From: a virus
Reading direction: 5' to 3' (one strand)
Virus record (IMG/VR): IMGVR_UViG_3300020172_005639
Coordinates: 56,523-120,522 of that record
Length of the DNA: 64,000 nucleotides
A program made the translations under genes and the position numbers. The notes under the pieces are model-generated. The model was not told the origin of the DNA. It searched no databases and saw only the letters and a list, made by a program, of their open reading frames with translations. Positions within the stretch are counted from its first letter, which is position 1; each line of letters starts with the position of its first letter. Below, piece after piece: positions 20,264 through 30,271 of this stretch.

Positions 20264-20297
20264 TTAAAAGGAGTTTGAAACCGTAGTAGGAGTTGCC

Positions 20298-20507
20298 ATG
20301 AATAATGTGAATAATAGATTTTTCTGGATCGTCGTTGGCCTTACTGCTGTCATGCTCTTTTTGGGCGTCGGCAGTAAGTTCCTTGTTGACAAGGTCGCCG
20401 ATGTCGTTGTCGAAAAACTTAAGAAAGACTACAGCCCCAGCCCATATGGTCCGGGGATCGATCCTGATAAAATTGACATTGATAAGATTAAGTCTAAAGG
20501 TTCTTGA
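20298..20507 (+). CDS. Small membrane protein
   Basis: SD AGGAG; one TM helix. Confidence 0.7.
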   Translation: MNNVNNRFFWIVVGLTAVMLFLGVGSKFLVDKVADVVVEKLKKDYSPSPYGPGIDPDKIDIDKIKSKGS

Positions 20508-20850
20508 GTATCTGAAAACTTTGTATTTTCGAGGGCAAGCCCGAGGCGTCGCCTGGGAGCCTGGTCATCCTGACCAGCACCATGCGGCCAACCTCGGGTT
20601 TCTCCTTTAAGCGGCAGAACTCGTCGTACGTGAAGAAAAGCTGAGTGCCGTCCCCGAGTTGGACGAAAATCGGGTTTCTCTTTTGCTGAACAATCGCAAT
20701 GCGCGCACGCCGAACCATAGTGGGCAAGCCCAAAGATAGGCCGGGCAGTCTGATACCTTGGACCCAGTCGGACGCTCCCTCAATGCACAATGCCCCGTGC
20801 AGCTCCAGAAGTACCCTGAATTCAGCGTAGTTTTTGAAATTAAGTTTCAT
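20494..20850 (-). CDS. Hypothetical late protein with capsid-targeting-like N-terminus
   Basis: MKLNFKNYAE; TAAATA at 20878-20883 (-). Confidence 0.65.
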   Translation of the reverse strand: MKLNFKNYAEFRVLLELHGALCIEGASDWVQGIRLPGLSLGLPTMVRRARIAIVQQKRNPIFVQLGDGTQLFFTYDEFCRLKEKPEVGRMVLVRMTRLPGDASGLPSKIQSFQILKNL

Positions 20851-20887
20851 GCTGACTCTTTTACCTTAAACCACAGGTATTTAGGCT

Positions 20888-21187
20888 ATGAACAGCAAAT
20901 ATAGAATAAGAAGCTCGTCTGCCATAGTGAGTATGTCCATATCCTTCTCAGGTCCCGAAGGCGAATTGATGCAAATTCTGGTTGACGTGGATTTTGCCAA
21001 TGACAGGGTATACTTCAACGAGAAGACGGAAGGCATTGACTATGTTGATCTTGAGCAAGAGATATTGAGGCACCTGAGACCAGAGGGGGTTCAGGCGCCT
21101 GTTTTAAATTCGGACATCAGGAAGCAAATAAATGATGTTCGAAAGGGCGTGTTCCAGGGAAAGAGCATTTACGATGGAGTTAAATAA
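20888..21187 (+). CDS. Hypothetical protein (start may be downstream)
   Basis: TAATG overlap with the next gene. Confidence 0.6.
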   Translation: MNSKYRIRSSSAIVSMSISFSGPEGELMQILVDVDFANDRVYFNEKTEGIDYVDLEQEILRHLRPEGVQAPVLNSDIRKQINDVRKGVFQGKSIYDGVK

Positions 21188-21555
21188 TGTCAGTAAGAAA
21201 CACAGAAGGCTTTAAGTTCACAGTGGTCAGCACGGGTAACGCCGACGTCGACTCCAGAAAGTCCACCAATCTTCGCCATACCACCCTTGATTCTATGCTC
21301 CGAGCCATCGATGCCAAGTCTATGGACGAGCAGGTGAAGGAGGAGCTGAAGAAGATGGCCAAGGGTTATCCTGAGCAGGCTCTTGAGAGTTGGAAAAAGA
21401 ACTTCAACCTACATGTGCAGAGGGCAAGGCAGAAGGTCAGGGACAGAAACAAACCGCTACCTGCCCCAGAGCCCGAGTCCCTGGAAATCCCGGCACAGGA
21501 GGTGACGCCGCAGCAGCCGCCTCCTGTGCATGCAATTGAAGAATCCGCTGATTGA
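21187..21555 (+). CDS. Hypothetical protein
   Basis: SD GGAG; 122 aa. Confidence 0.7.
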   Translation: MSVRNTEGFKFTVVSTGNADVDSRKSTNLRHTTLDSMLRAIDAKSMDEQVKEELKKMAKGYPEQALESWKKNFNLHVQRARQKVRDRNKPLPAPEPESLEIPAQEVTPQQPPPVHAIEESAD

Positions 21556-21565
21556 GGTGGTCAAA

Positions 21566-21775
21566 ATGAAGGCATATGCAATTATTTCAATAGCACGACA
21601 AGTCGACGGGGAGTACTGCATAGTAAAAGTCGATGGAGCATATAAGGATCGCAGCCGAGCTCAGTTGTTGGCGGAGGGGCTGGCCAAGAAGTACGCAGAG
21701 ACTATCCAGACCGCCTCTGGACCAATTCAGTGCATTTGCGAGCGTGGCATTTTTGAGTTGGATATTGAGGAATAG
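21566..21775 (+). CDS. Small hypothetical protein
   Basis: SD GAGG. Confidence 0.65.
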   Translation: MKAYAIISIARQVDGEYCIVKVDGAYKDRSRAQLLAEGLAKKYAETIQTASGPIQCICERGIFELDIEE

Positions 21776-21806
21776 TCATTAGAATAACATAAACGGAGAA
21801 CCCCAG

Positions 21807-22538
21807 ATGGCGACACCAGCTTACAATCCGCTCGAAGGCGAGCGACCAGAGATGACCGTTAAGCTTCACGAGAACTCCGACGATTATATTTCAATCATCA
21901 TCGTCCACAGGGACAGGCCAGAGTACCTAAATATATGCTTACAGTCTATAGCAGTAACATCATTCAACAACAACTATGAGATTATCGTAGTCGATAACGG
22001 CAGCGGAAAGGAGTCGCAGGACTTCCTCAAGGACATTGAGGGCGAAGTGAAGGTTGTCAGGAACGAAAAGAACCTGTACTGGTCGTCGGCCTGCAACAAA
22101 GGCGTGCAGGCGGCAGACAAGAACAGCAAGTACTTCATCTTCATGCACTGCGACGTGGTCGTGCTCAACCCAGCCTGGATCGACCTGCTCGTCAACGTTT
22201 CGGAGGCGCAGCAATCCGGTTATGTCGGCATCGATACGCAGTCATACATGATGGGCTCGCAGAAAGTGGAGTTCATGCAGGAATACGTCATCCTCGTGAC
22301 GAGGGAGGCATGGAAAGACATCGGGCCTTGGCCTGAGCAGCTGCCGCAGGTGGGCCACGCATTCATCATGACGATGAGGGCCCAGAACAAGGGCCACAAA
22401 CCCCAGATCATGAAGAACCAGATTGTTCACCACTACCGCATCTTCAGCCTCGATATCTCCGACTACGAGAGAATGACGGAGCAGGCGATGACAACCCTTC
22501 CCAAGTTGATGACAGAGGTGCAGACGCGCGCTTTATGA
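21807..22538 (+). CDS. Glycosyltransferase family 2
   Basis: ISIIIV, YEIIVVDNGS, ACNKG, FMHCDVV. Confidence 0.85.
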   Translation: MATPAYNPLEGERPEMTVKLHENSDDYISIIIVHRDRPEYLNICLQSIAVTSFNNNYEIIVVDNGSGKESQDFLKDIEGEVKVVRNEKNLYWSSACNKGVQAADKNSKYFIFMHCDVVVLNPAWIDLLVNVSEAQQSGYVGIDTQSYMMGSQKVEFMQEYVILVTREAWKDIGPWPEQLPQVGHAFIMTMRAQNKGHKPQIMKNQIVHHYRIFSLDISDYERMTEQAMTTLPKLMTEVQTRAL

Positions 22539-23239
22539 GATGCACGTTAAAAACCGATGAGGTTGCGGTTTTCGACGATCTGTTCGAACCTGACAGGTTC
22601 AAGCACTTCGTCCAGTACTTCAACACACTTGACTTTCGTTTCAGGCACAGCGATGGCTGGCTGAAGGTGTGGAAGTTGACCGACGGGAACATACTTTCGG
22701 GGAAGGAGCTGCAAGCCTCTCGCGCCCCGTTTAACAACCAGATGGACTGGGTGCACTACATGGTTAGCGCCTTGTCCCAGTCGCATGCCAAGGAAATCTG
22801 TGGCGAGTTCGGCAAGGACTATCATGAGATTATTTATACCCCATACGTCTACCCGATAGGCACTCGCATATCTTGGCACGACGACCATGGCTACTCTGCC
22901 GCCTGCATTTTCTACTGCCACCCATCATGGCACCCAGAGTGGGGAGGCGAGCTCCAGATTGCCAAGACAGACAGTTTTACGGAGGCGGTGGACGACCCAA
23001 TAGATGACCAGATACAGCGAAAATACATTCCCAGGCTCCTGAACAAGCATGGTTTTGGAACCTACATATCGCCGTTGCCCAACCGCATGGTGTTTACCAA
23101 GGGCAGCGTTTGGCATGCAATAAATCGCGTGGACAAAATCGCTGGCGACTCCGCAAGGCACTCCGTCGTCGCCTTCTTCCGAAAGCGCGACGAGCCAAAG
23201 CCTATCGCTTCAGCTTCTCAATCTTGTCAAGGAACTTGA
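22535..23239 (+). CDS. 2OG-Fe(II) oxygenase (prolyl-4-hydroxylase-like)
   Basis: WHDD, WGGEL, PLPNRMV, WHAI, distal R. Confidence 0.85.
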   Translation: MRCTLKTDEVAVFDDLFEPDRFKHFVQYFNTLDFRFRHSDGWLKVWKLTDGNILSGKELQASRAPFNNQMDWVHYMVSALSQSHAKEICGEFGKDYHEIIYTPYVYPIGTRISWHDDHGYSAACIFYCHPSWHPEWGGELQIAKTDSFTEAVDDPIDDQIQRKYIPRLLNKHGFGTYISPLPNRMVFTKGSVWHAINRVDKIAGDSARHSVVAFFRKRDEPKPIASASQSCQGT

Positions 23240-23678
23240 ACCAGTCCTCATTGTGCCAAACGACTGGCGCGTGGTTGCTGTATTTGGCCGCATAGCTCAT
23301 GCAGAATATTTCCTCGTCATTCTGACGCAAAGCCTTCTTCTGCTCTTCTTTGTCAAACTTGTCGATCTGGGCCTGCTTAGTCCTTTTCAGGATTTTCGAC
23401 CACTCTTTCTTGAGCTCGTTTGTGACTAGGTACTCCCAGACTAGGTGAGCGATCTCGTGCAGAGTCGTGAACATACGACTGTAGTTCCAAGGCGCAGCGA
23501 CGACGATCCTGTCTTTGTAGATGTAGCCTATGTGCTGGTTGTCGCCGTTGAGGGTGTTGCCGGGCGTGTACTTGAACTTGTAGCCGTCAAGAAGGTCACG
23601 GTGTCCTTTGGGGAGACTGTCTAGCAGCTTCCCCACGTTACGCTTCTCTTCGAATTCAAGAAATTGTTTGAAACTCAT
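23202..23678 (-). CDS. Zincin-like metallopeptidase with capsid-targeting-like N-terminus
   Basis: MSFKQFLEFEE; HEIAH; downstream EEIFCMSYA; TAAATA box and SD upstream. Confidence 0.7.
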   Translation of the reverse strand: MSFKQFLEFEEKRNVGKLLDSLPKGHRDLLDGYKFKYTPGNTLNGDNQHIGYIYKDRIVVAAPWNYSRMFTTLHEIAHLVWEYLVTNELKKEWSKILKRTKQAQIDKFDKEEQKKALRQNDEEIFCMSYAAKYSNHAPVVWHNEDWFKFLDKIEKLKR

Positions 23679-23757
23679 TTTCTCCCCCACTTTATTTAGG
23701 ACCGAAGCTCTTTTTCAGATGTGCATCCGGAAAAAAAATGGTGGGCTTAAATAAGGT

Positions 23758-24498
23758 ATGTCCAAGCAAAAACAAAAGCCGAAAACCTCGAGACCCAAGC
23801 CAGGCCAGCCCAAGCCGGCAAGCGAGACGCCGCAACACAAGAGGGCCTTCCATCTTGAGTTTATCACTCCTGCGCAAAAGATGGCTTGGGCAAGCTTCGA
23901 TCAGCACGATGTGATTTTCCTTCTGGGAGCTCCTGGCGTGGGCAAGTCCCATTTGGCTTGCGCCTTCGCAATCAGCGAGGTGCTGTCCAAGCGCAAGAAG
24001 AAGATCGTTCTCACGAGACCCATAGTCGAGGCTGGCGGCGAGTCCATCGGATATCTGCCCGGTACATTCGAGGAGAAGGTCAACCCATACATGCTGCCAC
24101 TATACGACTGCATGGACAGGATGCTTGGTCCCGTCGGCCCGCAGCGCGATATAATCAACAAGAGCGTTGAGCTTGCTCCCATCTGCTTCATGCGAGGCCG
24201 CACATTCAACGATGCAGTCTGCATCTTTGACGAGGCGCAGAATGCCACTTTTTCGCAGATTAAGTTATTCTTGACCCGCTTCGGAAAGAACAGCAAGGTC
24301 ATCATCACCGGCGACCCGATGCAGAGCGATCTCAAGCCTGCCGATCGCGCTCTCATGAAGGTCGTCGACAAACTTTCTACCGTAAACGGGATTGGAGTGA
24401 TCACCTTCAAGGCTAACTCTATCGTGCGCCACCCCTTGATTGCTTCAATACTTAACAAACTTGAGGATAAGGAGGAAAATGGCTCTAGTAGTTCCTAA
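23758..24498 (+). CDS. phoH: PhoH family ATPase
   Basis: GAPGVGKS, LTRP, GYLPG, FMRGRTF, DEAQN, TGDPMQSD, VRHP. Confidence 0.95.
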   Translation: MSKQKQKPKTSRPKPGQPKPASETPQHKRAFHLEFITPAQKMAWASFDQHDVIFLLGAPGVGKSHLACAFAISEVLSKRKKKIVLTRPIVEAGGESIGYLPGTFEEKVNPYMLPLYDCMDRMLGPVGPQRDIINKSVELAPICFMRGRTFNDAVCIFDEAQNATFSQIKLFLTRFGKNSKVIITGDPMQSDLKPADRALMKVVDKLSTVNGIGVITFKANSIVRHPLIASILNKLEDKEENGSSSS

Positions 24499-24889
24499 CG
24501 GTGGTGAAACCGTTCTTCTCGACAGGCTCTTGAAGCTGACGAACGTCACCGACAACTATCTGCTTCACCTCTATAAAAACAACTACACTCCGCTGTCCAC
24601 TTCGGTGAAGTCGGACTTCACGGAGGCCGACTTCACCAACTATGCAGCGACGACGCTGACACGCTCCACTTGGGCGTCCTCTACCTTGAACGGCAGCAAC
24701 AAGGCACAGAGCACCTACGCAGCCCAGAGCTGGACTTGCGGTGTGACGACCAATACTGTGTACGGCTACTACATGACAGACAGCACGGACACAACTTTAT
24801 TGTGGGCTGAGCAGTTTGGCATAGCCAGGACGCTTGCCGAGAATGATATTCTGAGCGTCACGCCTGTTTTCACGTTAAGTAGCGAGTGA
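24479..24889 (+). CDS. Putative virion (tail/fibre-associated) protein
   Basis: SD AGGAGG; LHLYKNNYTP...TEADFTNYA...VYGYY, Thr-rich. Confidence 0.6.
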   Translation: MALVVPNGGETVLLDRLLKLTNVTDNYLLHLYKNNYTPLSTSVKSDFTEADFTNYAATTLTRSTWASSTLNGSNKAQSTYAAQSWTCGVTTNTVYGYYMTDSTDTTLLWAEQFGIARTLAENDILSVTPVFTLSSE

Positions 24890-24928
24890 TTTGCAGTGCG
24901 ATTTGGCTACACATCCAGTAGATAGTGC

Positions 24929-26734
24929 ATGCCTTATAACGAGACTATGTCCGGCGGCGTTTTGGTGGGCGGGAACTGCTCGGACACCATGGTCATGGAG
25001 AACGTTGCCTCGGGCGGCGCTTCGGCAGGCGGATCCTCATCCAACAACCTCTCAATGTACAACCTTGCCTCTGGAGGCGTTTCCGCCGGGGGCTCAGCTG
25101 TAATAAGCATTGGTTTCAGTGCGTCAGGCGGCGCAACGCTTTCCGGATCAGCATTGGTAGGGATTGGCGTCGCTGCCTCGGGTGGCGTGGCTTGTGGCGG
25201 CCAAGCTAATTACACGATAGTCTTTGATCAGGCGTATGTATTCAATGTAAATGCCTATCTTACGGCTGATCAGGCTTATACCTTCAACATAGGCCGATCT
25301 CCTCTGAGGTACTATCGCGTTCAGGGGTGCTGCGTCTATCCGACTGCTGCCGGCAGCGGCTTGCCGGAGCAGCCCTTCCCCGGTGGGTGCGATGTGGTTG
25401 GCATAGAGACAGATGACGACCAGTGCACGGGCGCTTTGGGCAAGAACCAGTATACTCAAAACATAATCGCAAGGGATATCCAAGAGGTATGCGAAAAGCT
25501 CTCAAGGAGCAAGCTTCGCTGGCAGATATGCAGCCTCAAGCGATGGAGCAGGCTTGCCGACCCGAGGCTCCGGCCTGAGGACGATGAGTGCAATGTCCTT
25601 GAAGAAGTCCCTTTCGCCGATATCCCCGCCTGTCTTGAGTTCACTCTTGCCATAGACAGCCTGACAAAAATCAAAGCCATCGTTGAGGTGACCCAGGACT
25701 TCCACGATTACGATGGCTCTGGCACCATCACTATGGGCGGTGAAGCCCCTGCTGCGATTACGGCTGGTGGCACCACTCCTACCGTCTGGAACTATTCCTT
25801 CGTGAGTTCTGGTGGCCTTATAGTCATGGGCGGAACGGGAGCTACTTCATCGTTTGAGAGCGACTACCTCATCACAACAATCGTTACCGTGAGCCTGCCT
25901 CTGGAGGAGCCTGTTTTTGCGACAACCGATGCGCTGCCTGAAATACAGTCAAACAACGATGCAATAGTCACCAGTTGCGCAACTTGCAACGCGTTGCCCA
26001 TAAACCTATTCCTGACCCATAACCTTACGGTGCCGGGTCTTTTCTACAACTTCCTTCAACGAAACAACCTAAAGATTCCGCAGGCTATACAGATGAGTTA
26101 CAGCCCCACCCAGGTTGCTTGGATTGCCACGATCCAGTACAAGGGCATCACCGAGTCAAACAGCACGCTGGACAACTGGAGGCTGGTATTTGAGTTCGCA
26201 TGCACAGACTATATTTCCGGCGAATACACCGGCAATCCAGTCATCAAGTTCTCAATGACCGTCAACAAGAAAAACCTCACGACGAACAAGTCGGCAGAAA
26301 CCAAGTTCATGATGACGCTTCCTCCTGTCGGTTTTTGCGCGTCTGTCAACAACTTCAGAAATACCTTCAACTGGCTTTTCAACTTCCCCACCCAGTATGT
26401 CCGCAACAGCGCAAACCTCACCGTGCAGTCGTTGATCTACTACGACAACATAGGAATGTTCTCATCCAAGCAGTGGATGATGTACCCCAACCTATCCTTC
26501 ACCATCTTAAGGGATCCCGTGCAGTCAGGAAGCAGCTTCTACGACCTGTCGCCAATTGTTCCGCAGCCAACTCCTGTACTGGGTAGGAATATTGAGAGTA
26601 TACTTGGTTTGCCGCCATCGCCGTATATCGTCGATCGACCCAAGCGCATCTACGTTCAGCCTCCGATCGTGCCAACGGAATCCGCTGTCCCCGGCATTAG
26701 GCAGACTGGCACACAAGTTCTCACGGAGACTTGA
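24929..26734 (+). CDS. Putative virion structural protein with ASGG repeats
   Basis: TAGATA box 4 nt before ATG; N-terminal (A/M)SGG(V/A)xxGG repeats. Confidence 0.6.
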   Translation: MPYNETMSGGVLVGGNCSDTMVMENVASGGASAGGSSSNNLSMYNLASGGVSAGGSAVISIGFSASGGATLSGSALVGIGVAASGGVACGGQANYTIVFDQAYVFNVNAYLTADQAYTFNIGRSPLRYYRVQGCCVYPTAAGSGLPEQPFPGGCDVVGIETDDDQCTGALGKNQYTQNIIARDIQEVCEKLSRSKLRWQICSLKRWSRLADPRLRPEDDECNVLEEVPFADIPACLEFTLAIDSLTKIKAIVEVTQDFHDYDGSGTITMGGEAPAAITAGGTTPTVWNYSFVSSGGLIVMGGTGATSSFESDYLITTIVTVSLPLEEPVFATTDALPEIQSNNDAIVTSCATCNALPINLFLTHNLTVPGLFYNFLQRNNLKIPQAIQMSYSPTQVAWIATIQYKGITESNSTLDNWRLVFEFACTDYISGEYTGNPVIKFSMTVNKKNLTTNKSAETKFMMTLPPVGFCASVNNFRNTFNWLFNFPTQYVRNSANLTVQSLIYYDNIGMFSSKQWMMYPNLSFTILRDPVQSGSSFYDLSPIVPQPTPVLGRNIESILGLPPSPYIVDRPKRIYVQPPIVPTESAVPGIRQTGTQVLTET

Positions 26735-26736
26735 TC

Positions 26737-27039
26737 ATGGAATTATGGTTACTCTGGGCAGTATTGGCATTTTGTATCTCAAATTTTGTCCTCCTCTTTT
26801 TTCTGGGGCTTTTCGTGGTAAGATCACACGAGCAGTCGAGAGGCATGATTGGGGGACTCGCAGAGATGATTGCTGGCGCCCCCGAGATCGAGCCCGAAGT
26901 CCCAGGTCAAAAAACTTGGGACCAGAAGTACGAGGAGGAACTTGAGGCATTTTCACGGAGGATTCGTGGAACCTCCGGTTTAGCCGACCTTCCCTCTGCC
27001 ATGCCTTACAACTCACAAGTTCCCAAAGACCCTGCATGA
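26737..27039 (+). CDS. Small membrane protein
   Basis: N-terminal TM helix. Confidence 0.65.
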   Translation: MELWLLWAVLAFCISNFVLLFFLGLFVVRSHEQSRGMIGGLAEMIAGAPEIEPEVPGQKTWDQKYEEELEAFSRRIRGTSGLADLPSAMPYNSQVPKDPA

Positions 27040-27055
27040 GGCATGAAGTCTCTCC

Positions 27056-28048
27056 ATGGTGTATCGCAAAACATATCGCAAGTTTCACATTCAGCGCAGA
27101 TTCGGAGTTGAGCTTGAGCTTGGATCTGACATTTCCAAAAGAAGAATAGCGAATGTAATCAAAAGTTGCAGCGACAGAGCCGTAAAGGTTGCAAAATATA
27201 GCCAGACGTCTGGCAATGATTTCTGGCACGTAAAGGAGGACGCCACTTGCGGCCCCAGTGGCAGAAACGGTCCTAGGGGAGTTGAGGTTGCGTCCTTTAT
27301 CGGCTCTGGTTCCACCGATATTTCACACCTCTCTGACGTCGTTGACAAACTCGCCTGCTTTGGCTGCTCGGTCAATAACAACTGTGGCCTCCATGTTCAT
27401 GTGGACGTGGCTGACCTTCATATTGAGCAACTGGGCTGGATATGCGCGTGGTGGATCAAGTGCGAGCTGCCCTTGAGCATGGCGCTGCCGCTGCGACGAC
27501 TGGGAAACACATACTGCAAGTTTATCTTTCCACCCTTTCTCGAGACTGTCGTAAAGAACGGCGTGCTGCTTGACAGGTCCATGCCTTTGAGTCCTCATTT
27601 CTCCGGCCCCACTTTATTCACCGTCCTCACTCAAAGGCTAAGGCCGCCGACTACGGAAGAAAGACGATGCAATCTCAACCTGACTAACATAGTCAATTCA
27701 AGCGCGCTGATGCAGGGCAAGACCACCCTTGAGCTACGCTGGCCTGAAGGTTCCATAAAGTCCCTCGATGTTCGTTCTTGGACAAAGCTTTTTCTCCTGT
27801 TCGTGGACTCGTGCAAAAACAAGGGTATGCCTCAGGACCTTAGTCCGTGTGGCATAGCCCAGATGATGGAGTGTCTTGGTTTGCATGATGATATGCACTC
27901 ACTTGTGCTAAGTCCTTCCCTTAGTGAGTGCAAACGCTGGCTGCTGGACCGCATAACGAAGCATCTTCCGGAAACCAAAAAGCTTTACTCAAAGTCCCTA
28001 GTAAGCCAGTATTTGAGGGAGGCTAGCAACTTGAGTACTGCTGAATAG
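27056..28048 (+). CDS. Putative amidoligase (COOH-NH2 ligase type 2)
   Basis: RRFGVELE, WHVKEDAT, EVAS, NNNCGLHVHV, TLELR. Confidence 0.82.
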   Translation: MVYRKTYRKFHIQRRFGVELELGSDISKRRIANVIKSCSDRAVKVAKYSQTSGNDFWHVKEDATCGPSGRNGPRGVEVASFIGSGSTDISHLSDVVDKLACFGCSVNNNCGLHVHVDVADLHIEQLGWICAWWIKCELPLSMALPLRRLGNTYCKFIFPPFLETVVKNGVLLDRSMPLSPHFSGPTLFTVLTQRLRPPTTEERRCNLNLTNIVNSSALMQGKTTLELRWPEGSIKSLDVRSWTKLFLLFVDSCKNKGMPQDLSPCGIAQMMECLGLHDDMHSLVLSPSLSECKRWLLDRITKHLPETKKLYSKSLVSQYLREASNLSTAE

Positions 28049-28160
28049 CTTTTTGATTGGCTTGAGATTGGTCATTTGGCTTTATTTCTAGGTTTTTTCA
28101 TATTCGCAACAGGCTATCAAGAATAGATTTTGGAATAGCTTTTTGAATAGCTTTTGATTG
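28043..28160. repeat. Four direct repeats GAATAG(C/A)TTTT
   Basis: Copies at 28043, 28121, 28133, 28145. Confidence 0.7.
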
Positions 28161-28179
28161 CATAAATAATTTGTCGGGG

Positions 28180-28208
28180 TTGACCCATATCTCCCTCGGC
28201 ATTACACT
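28180..28208 (+). promoter_or_regulatory. Sigma70-type promoter of the sigma factor gene
   Basis: TTGACC-17 nt-TACACT. Confidence 0.65.
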
Positions 28209-28271
28209 ACAACTTAACACTTGTAAACACTTTATTTACACTTTCTTTACACTGAGACACTGATGAACACT
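28204..28271. repeat. Seven ACACT repeats with roughly 10-bp spacing
   Basis: Starts at 28204, 28217, 28227, 28238, 28249, 28257, 28267. Confidence 0.7.
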
Positions 28272-28769
28272 TTTGAAAAACTTATTGAAGATCACATACC
28301 CGTAGCCAAGACCATCGCAAGAAGCCACAAGAGCAAGTACCATCAAATCTCGATTGACGAGCTTGAGGCTGCCGCACTTTATGGCCTCGTCCATGCCGCA
28401 AACAAGTTCGATGAAATTCGTGGCATACCCTTCATTAGGTTTGCGAGCAAGCGCATGTATGGTGCGATTATTGACTACGTAAACGAGCTTCTGGTAGGTC
28501 CGAAGGGTGACAAAAAACTTGCCGAACAACTGCCGGAGGAAATCAAGACAGAGTCTGAGCAGAATTCTCACATCCATTTTGAGGAGTTGATATGTTTTCT
28601 GCCCAAACGCACGCAGTTTATCATGCGAAGGGTTTATGTCTTTGAGGATTCGCTGGCCGACATATCAAGCGTGTTGAACATCGGTGAATCGAGGATAAGC
28701 CAAATAGTTGCAAAAGCTCGAAAGACCATAGAGGATCGTATCGGGAAATTATATGGCTCCGTGGCCTAA
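28263..28769 (+). CDS. Sigma-70 family RNA polymerase sigma factor (FliA/group 3-like, regions 2 and 4)
   Basis: DELEAAALYGLVHAANKFD, FASKRMYGAIIDY, SLADISSVLNIGESRISQI. Confidence 0.88.
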   Translation: MNTFEKLIEDHIPVAKTIARSHKSKYHQISIDELEAAALYGLVHAANKFDEIRGIPFIRFASKRMYGAIIDYVNELLVGPKGDKKLAEQLPEEIKTESEQNSHIHFEELICFLPKRTQFIMRRVYVFEDSLADISSVLNIGESRISQIVAKARKTIEDRIGKLYGSVA

Positions 28770-28776
28770 ATAGGGC

Positions 28777-29667
28777 ATGGAGTTTGCCATGAGACAAATA
28801 GCTTGCGGACTTTTTCTACTGATGTCATTCTGTGTAGTCGCCCAAGCACAAGAGGACCCCAAGGAGGTTCAGCAAAAGGATGATCCCGAGCTGAAAGAAC
28901 TCCAGTGGAATAGGTATGAAACGGGCAAGCTTGTGGTTGTCAGCATCGACAAGGACCTCGGCGAGAAGTTGAGTGAAAGCGTTTCCGAAATCAAATCCGA
29001 TGTCCTGACGCGCTGGGGCTTTCCCGACGTGGAACTGGGCAAAGAGTGCAGAATATTTTGCGTTCCCAAGCTGGGCTTGCTCACCAAGCTTTTTAACTTG
29101 AGCGCCCCGAGGATGCAGGTGCGTAAGGAGCTATACGCAATCTGGACTGTACTTGACCAGGATCTCCAGAAATCGGTCGCCCCGCATCTTACTTCCGTGA
29201 TGCTTCTGGAGTACGAGGCTAAAGAGGGAATTGCTCTCCCGATATGGTTCAAGCGGGGTGCCCACCGACTTGCGTCTGGCCCCGAGGACGTAAGGCAGCA
29301 GCTGACAGACTACCATGCTACGGCTAAGCGGGAGCAGTTTGCTTACACGGCGCAGAAGATGTTTATGTATACCGAGGATGAGTACAACAAGCAAAGTGCG
29401 GAGAACAAAAAGGCCTTTGACCTTCAGGCGATTTGCCTCTGCCTCATGCTCAGGCAAGAGCTCGGCGAGGCTAAGCTTCAGGGTTTCTTGAGGCTCCAGA
29501 ACAGAAACAAGCCCGAGTCCGTTCTTCGGGCCATATACGGCTACGACGGCTTCACAGGCTCCATGAGGAGCTTTGAGGAGAAATACTACGACTTTATCAA
29601 AGACTTGACCAATGAGGCTGCTGACGGGAGAGTTCCTGACTCCTACCTCACAATTCGGTCAAGATAG
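28777..29667 (+). CDS. Exported protein, degenerate peptidase-MA-like
   Basis: Signal peptide ending AQA; PHLTSV...LPIWFKRG in place of HExxH...PxWxxEG. Confidence 0.55.
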   Translation: MEFAMRQIACGLFLLMSFCVVAQAQEDPKEVQQKDDPELKELQWNRYETGKLVVVSIDKDLGEKLSESVSEIKSDVLTRWGFPDVELGKECRIFCVPKLGLLTKLFNLSAPRMQVRKELYAIWTVLDQDLQKSVAPHLTSVMLLEYEAKEGIALPIWFKRGAHRLASGPEDVRQQLTDYHATAKREQFAYTAQKMFMYTEDEYNKQSAENKKAFDLQAICLCLMLRQELGEAKLQGFLRLQNRNKPESVLRAIYGYDGFTGSMRSFEEKYYDFIKDLTNEAADGRVPDSYLTIRSR

Positions 29668-29674
29668 GAGGCAT

Positions 29675-29977
29675 ATGCTTTTACTGATTATTTCATGGCT
29701 AATTTTTGGATTGATTGTCGGTTTCTTAGCCAAGCTTCTTCACCCAGGCGATGAGCCTGTAGGTTTCGTCGCAACGGTCGCGCTAGGCGTAGTCGGATCA
29801 TTCGTGGGCGGAATACTTAACTGGCTAATCTTCGGCGGAACCAGTCCGCTTCAGGCAAGCGGTTTTGTCATGTCGATAATTGGCGGCATCATTACCTGCG
29901 CTGCTTGGCGTTGGTACAATCTTAAATTCGCAAGCAGTGGTCCGAGGAACTTCCTGTCTGGAAAGAAAATGGATTGA
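29675..29977 (+). CDS. GlsB/YeaQ/YmgE (transglycosylase-associated) membrane protein
   Basis: WLIFGLIVGFLAKLLHPG...LGVVGSFVGG...SIIGG; SD AGGAGG. Confidence 0.85.
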   Translation: MLLLIISWLIFGLIVGFLAKLLHPGDEPVGFVATVALGVVGSFVGGILNWLIFGGTSPLQASGFVMSIIGGIITCAAWRWYNLKFASSGPRNFLSGKKMD

Positions 29978-30019
29978 TATTTCCTATAAACAACGGCTCG
30001 CATAAGCTCCTATAATTCT

Positions 30020-30271
30020 ATGACTATAGGAGGCGCGCCGTTGAAAGGATCATTTGACCCCAAGGTGCTTGCCAAGCTAAAGGAAAAGTACTCGCACTTG
30101 CACCCGCTGCTTTTCTTCAGGTCGATGGAGAGGGCAAAAACGAACGGCGATCTTTTCGACATATTAGACACCGTGGCCTCCCTTCCTGTTGTTTGGTGTG
30201 ATCGCACTTCAAGGTGGATTCATGTGGAAGACATTTATTTCAAGAAGGATTTTTTGCAAGAGCAAATTTAG
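30020..30271 (+). CDS. Hypothetical protein
   Basis: 83-aa ORF abutting the next gene. Confidence 0.65.
   Translation: MTIGGAPLKGSFDPKVLAKLKEKYSHLHPLLFFRSMERAKTNGDLFDILDTVASLPVVWCDRTSRWIHVEDIYFKKDFLQEQI

Noticed and set aside
28043-28271. CRISPR array
   Set aside because: Repeats are 5-14 nt with no 30-40-nt unique spacers; no cas genes
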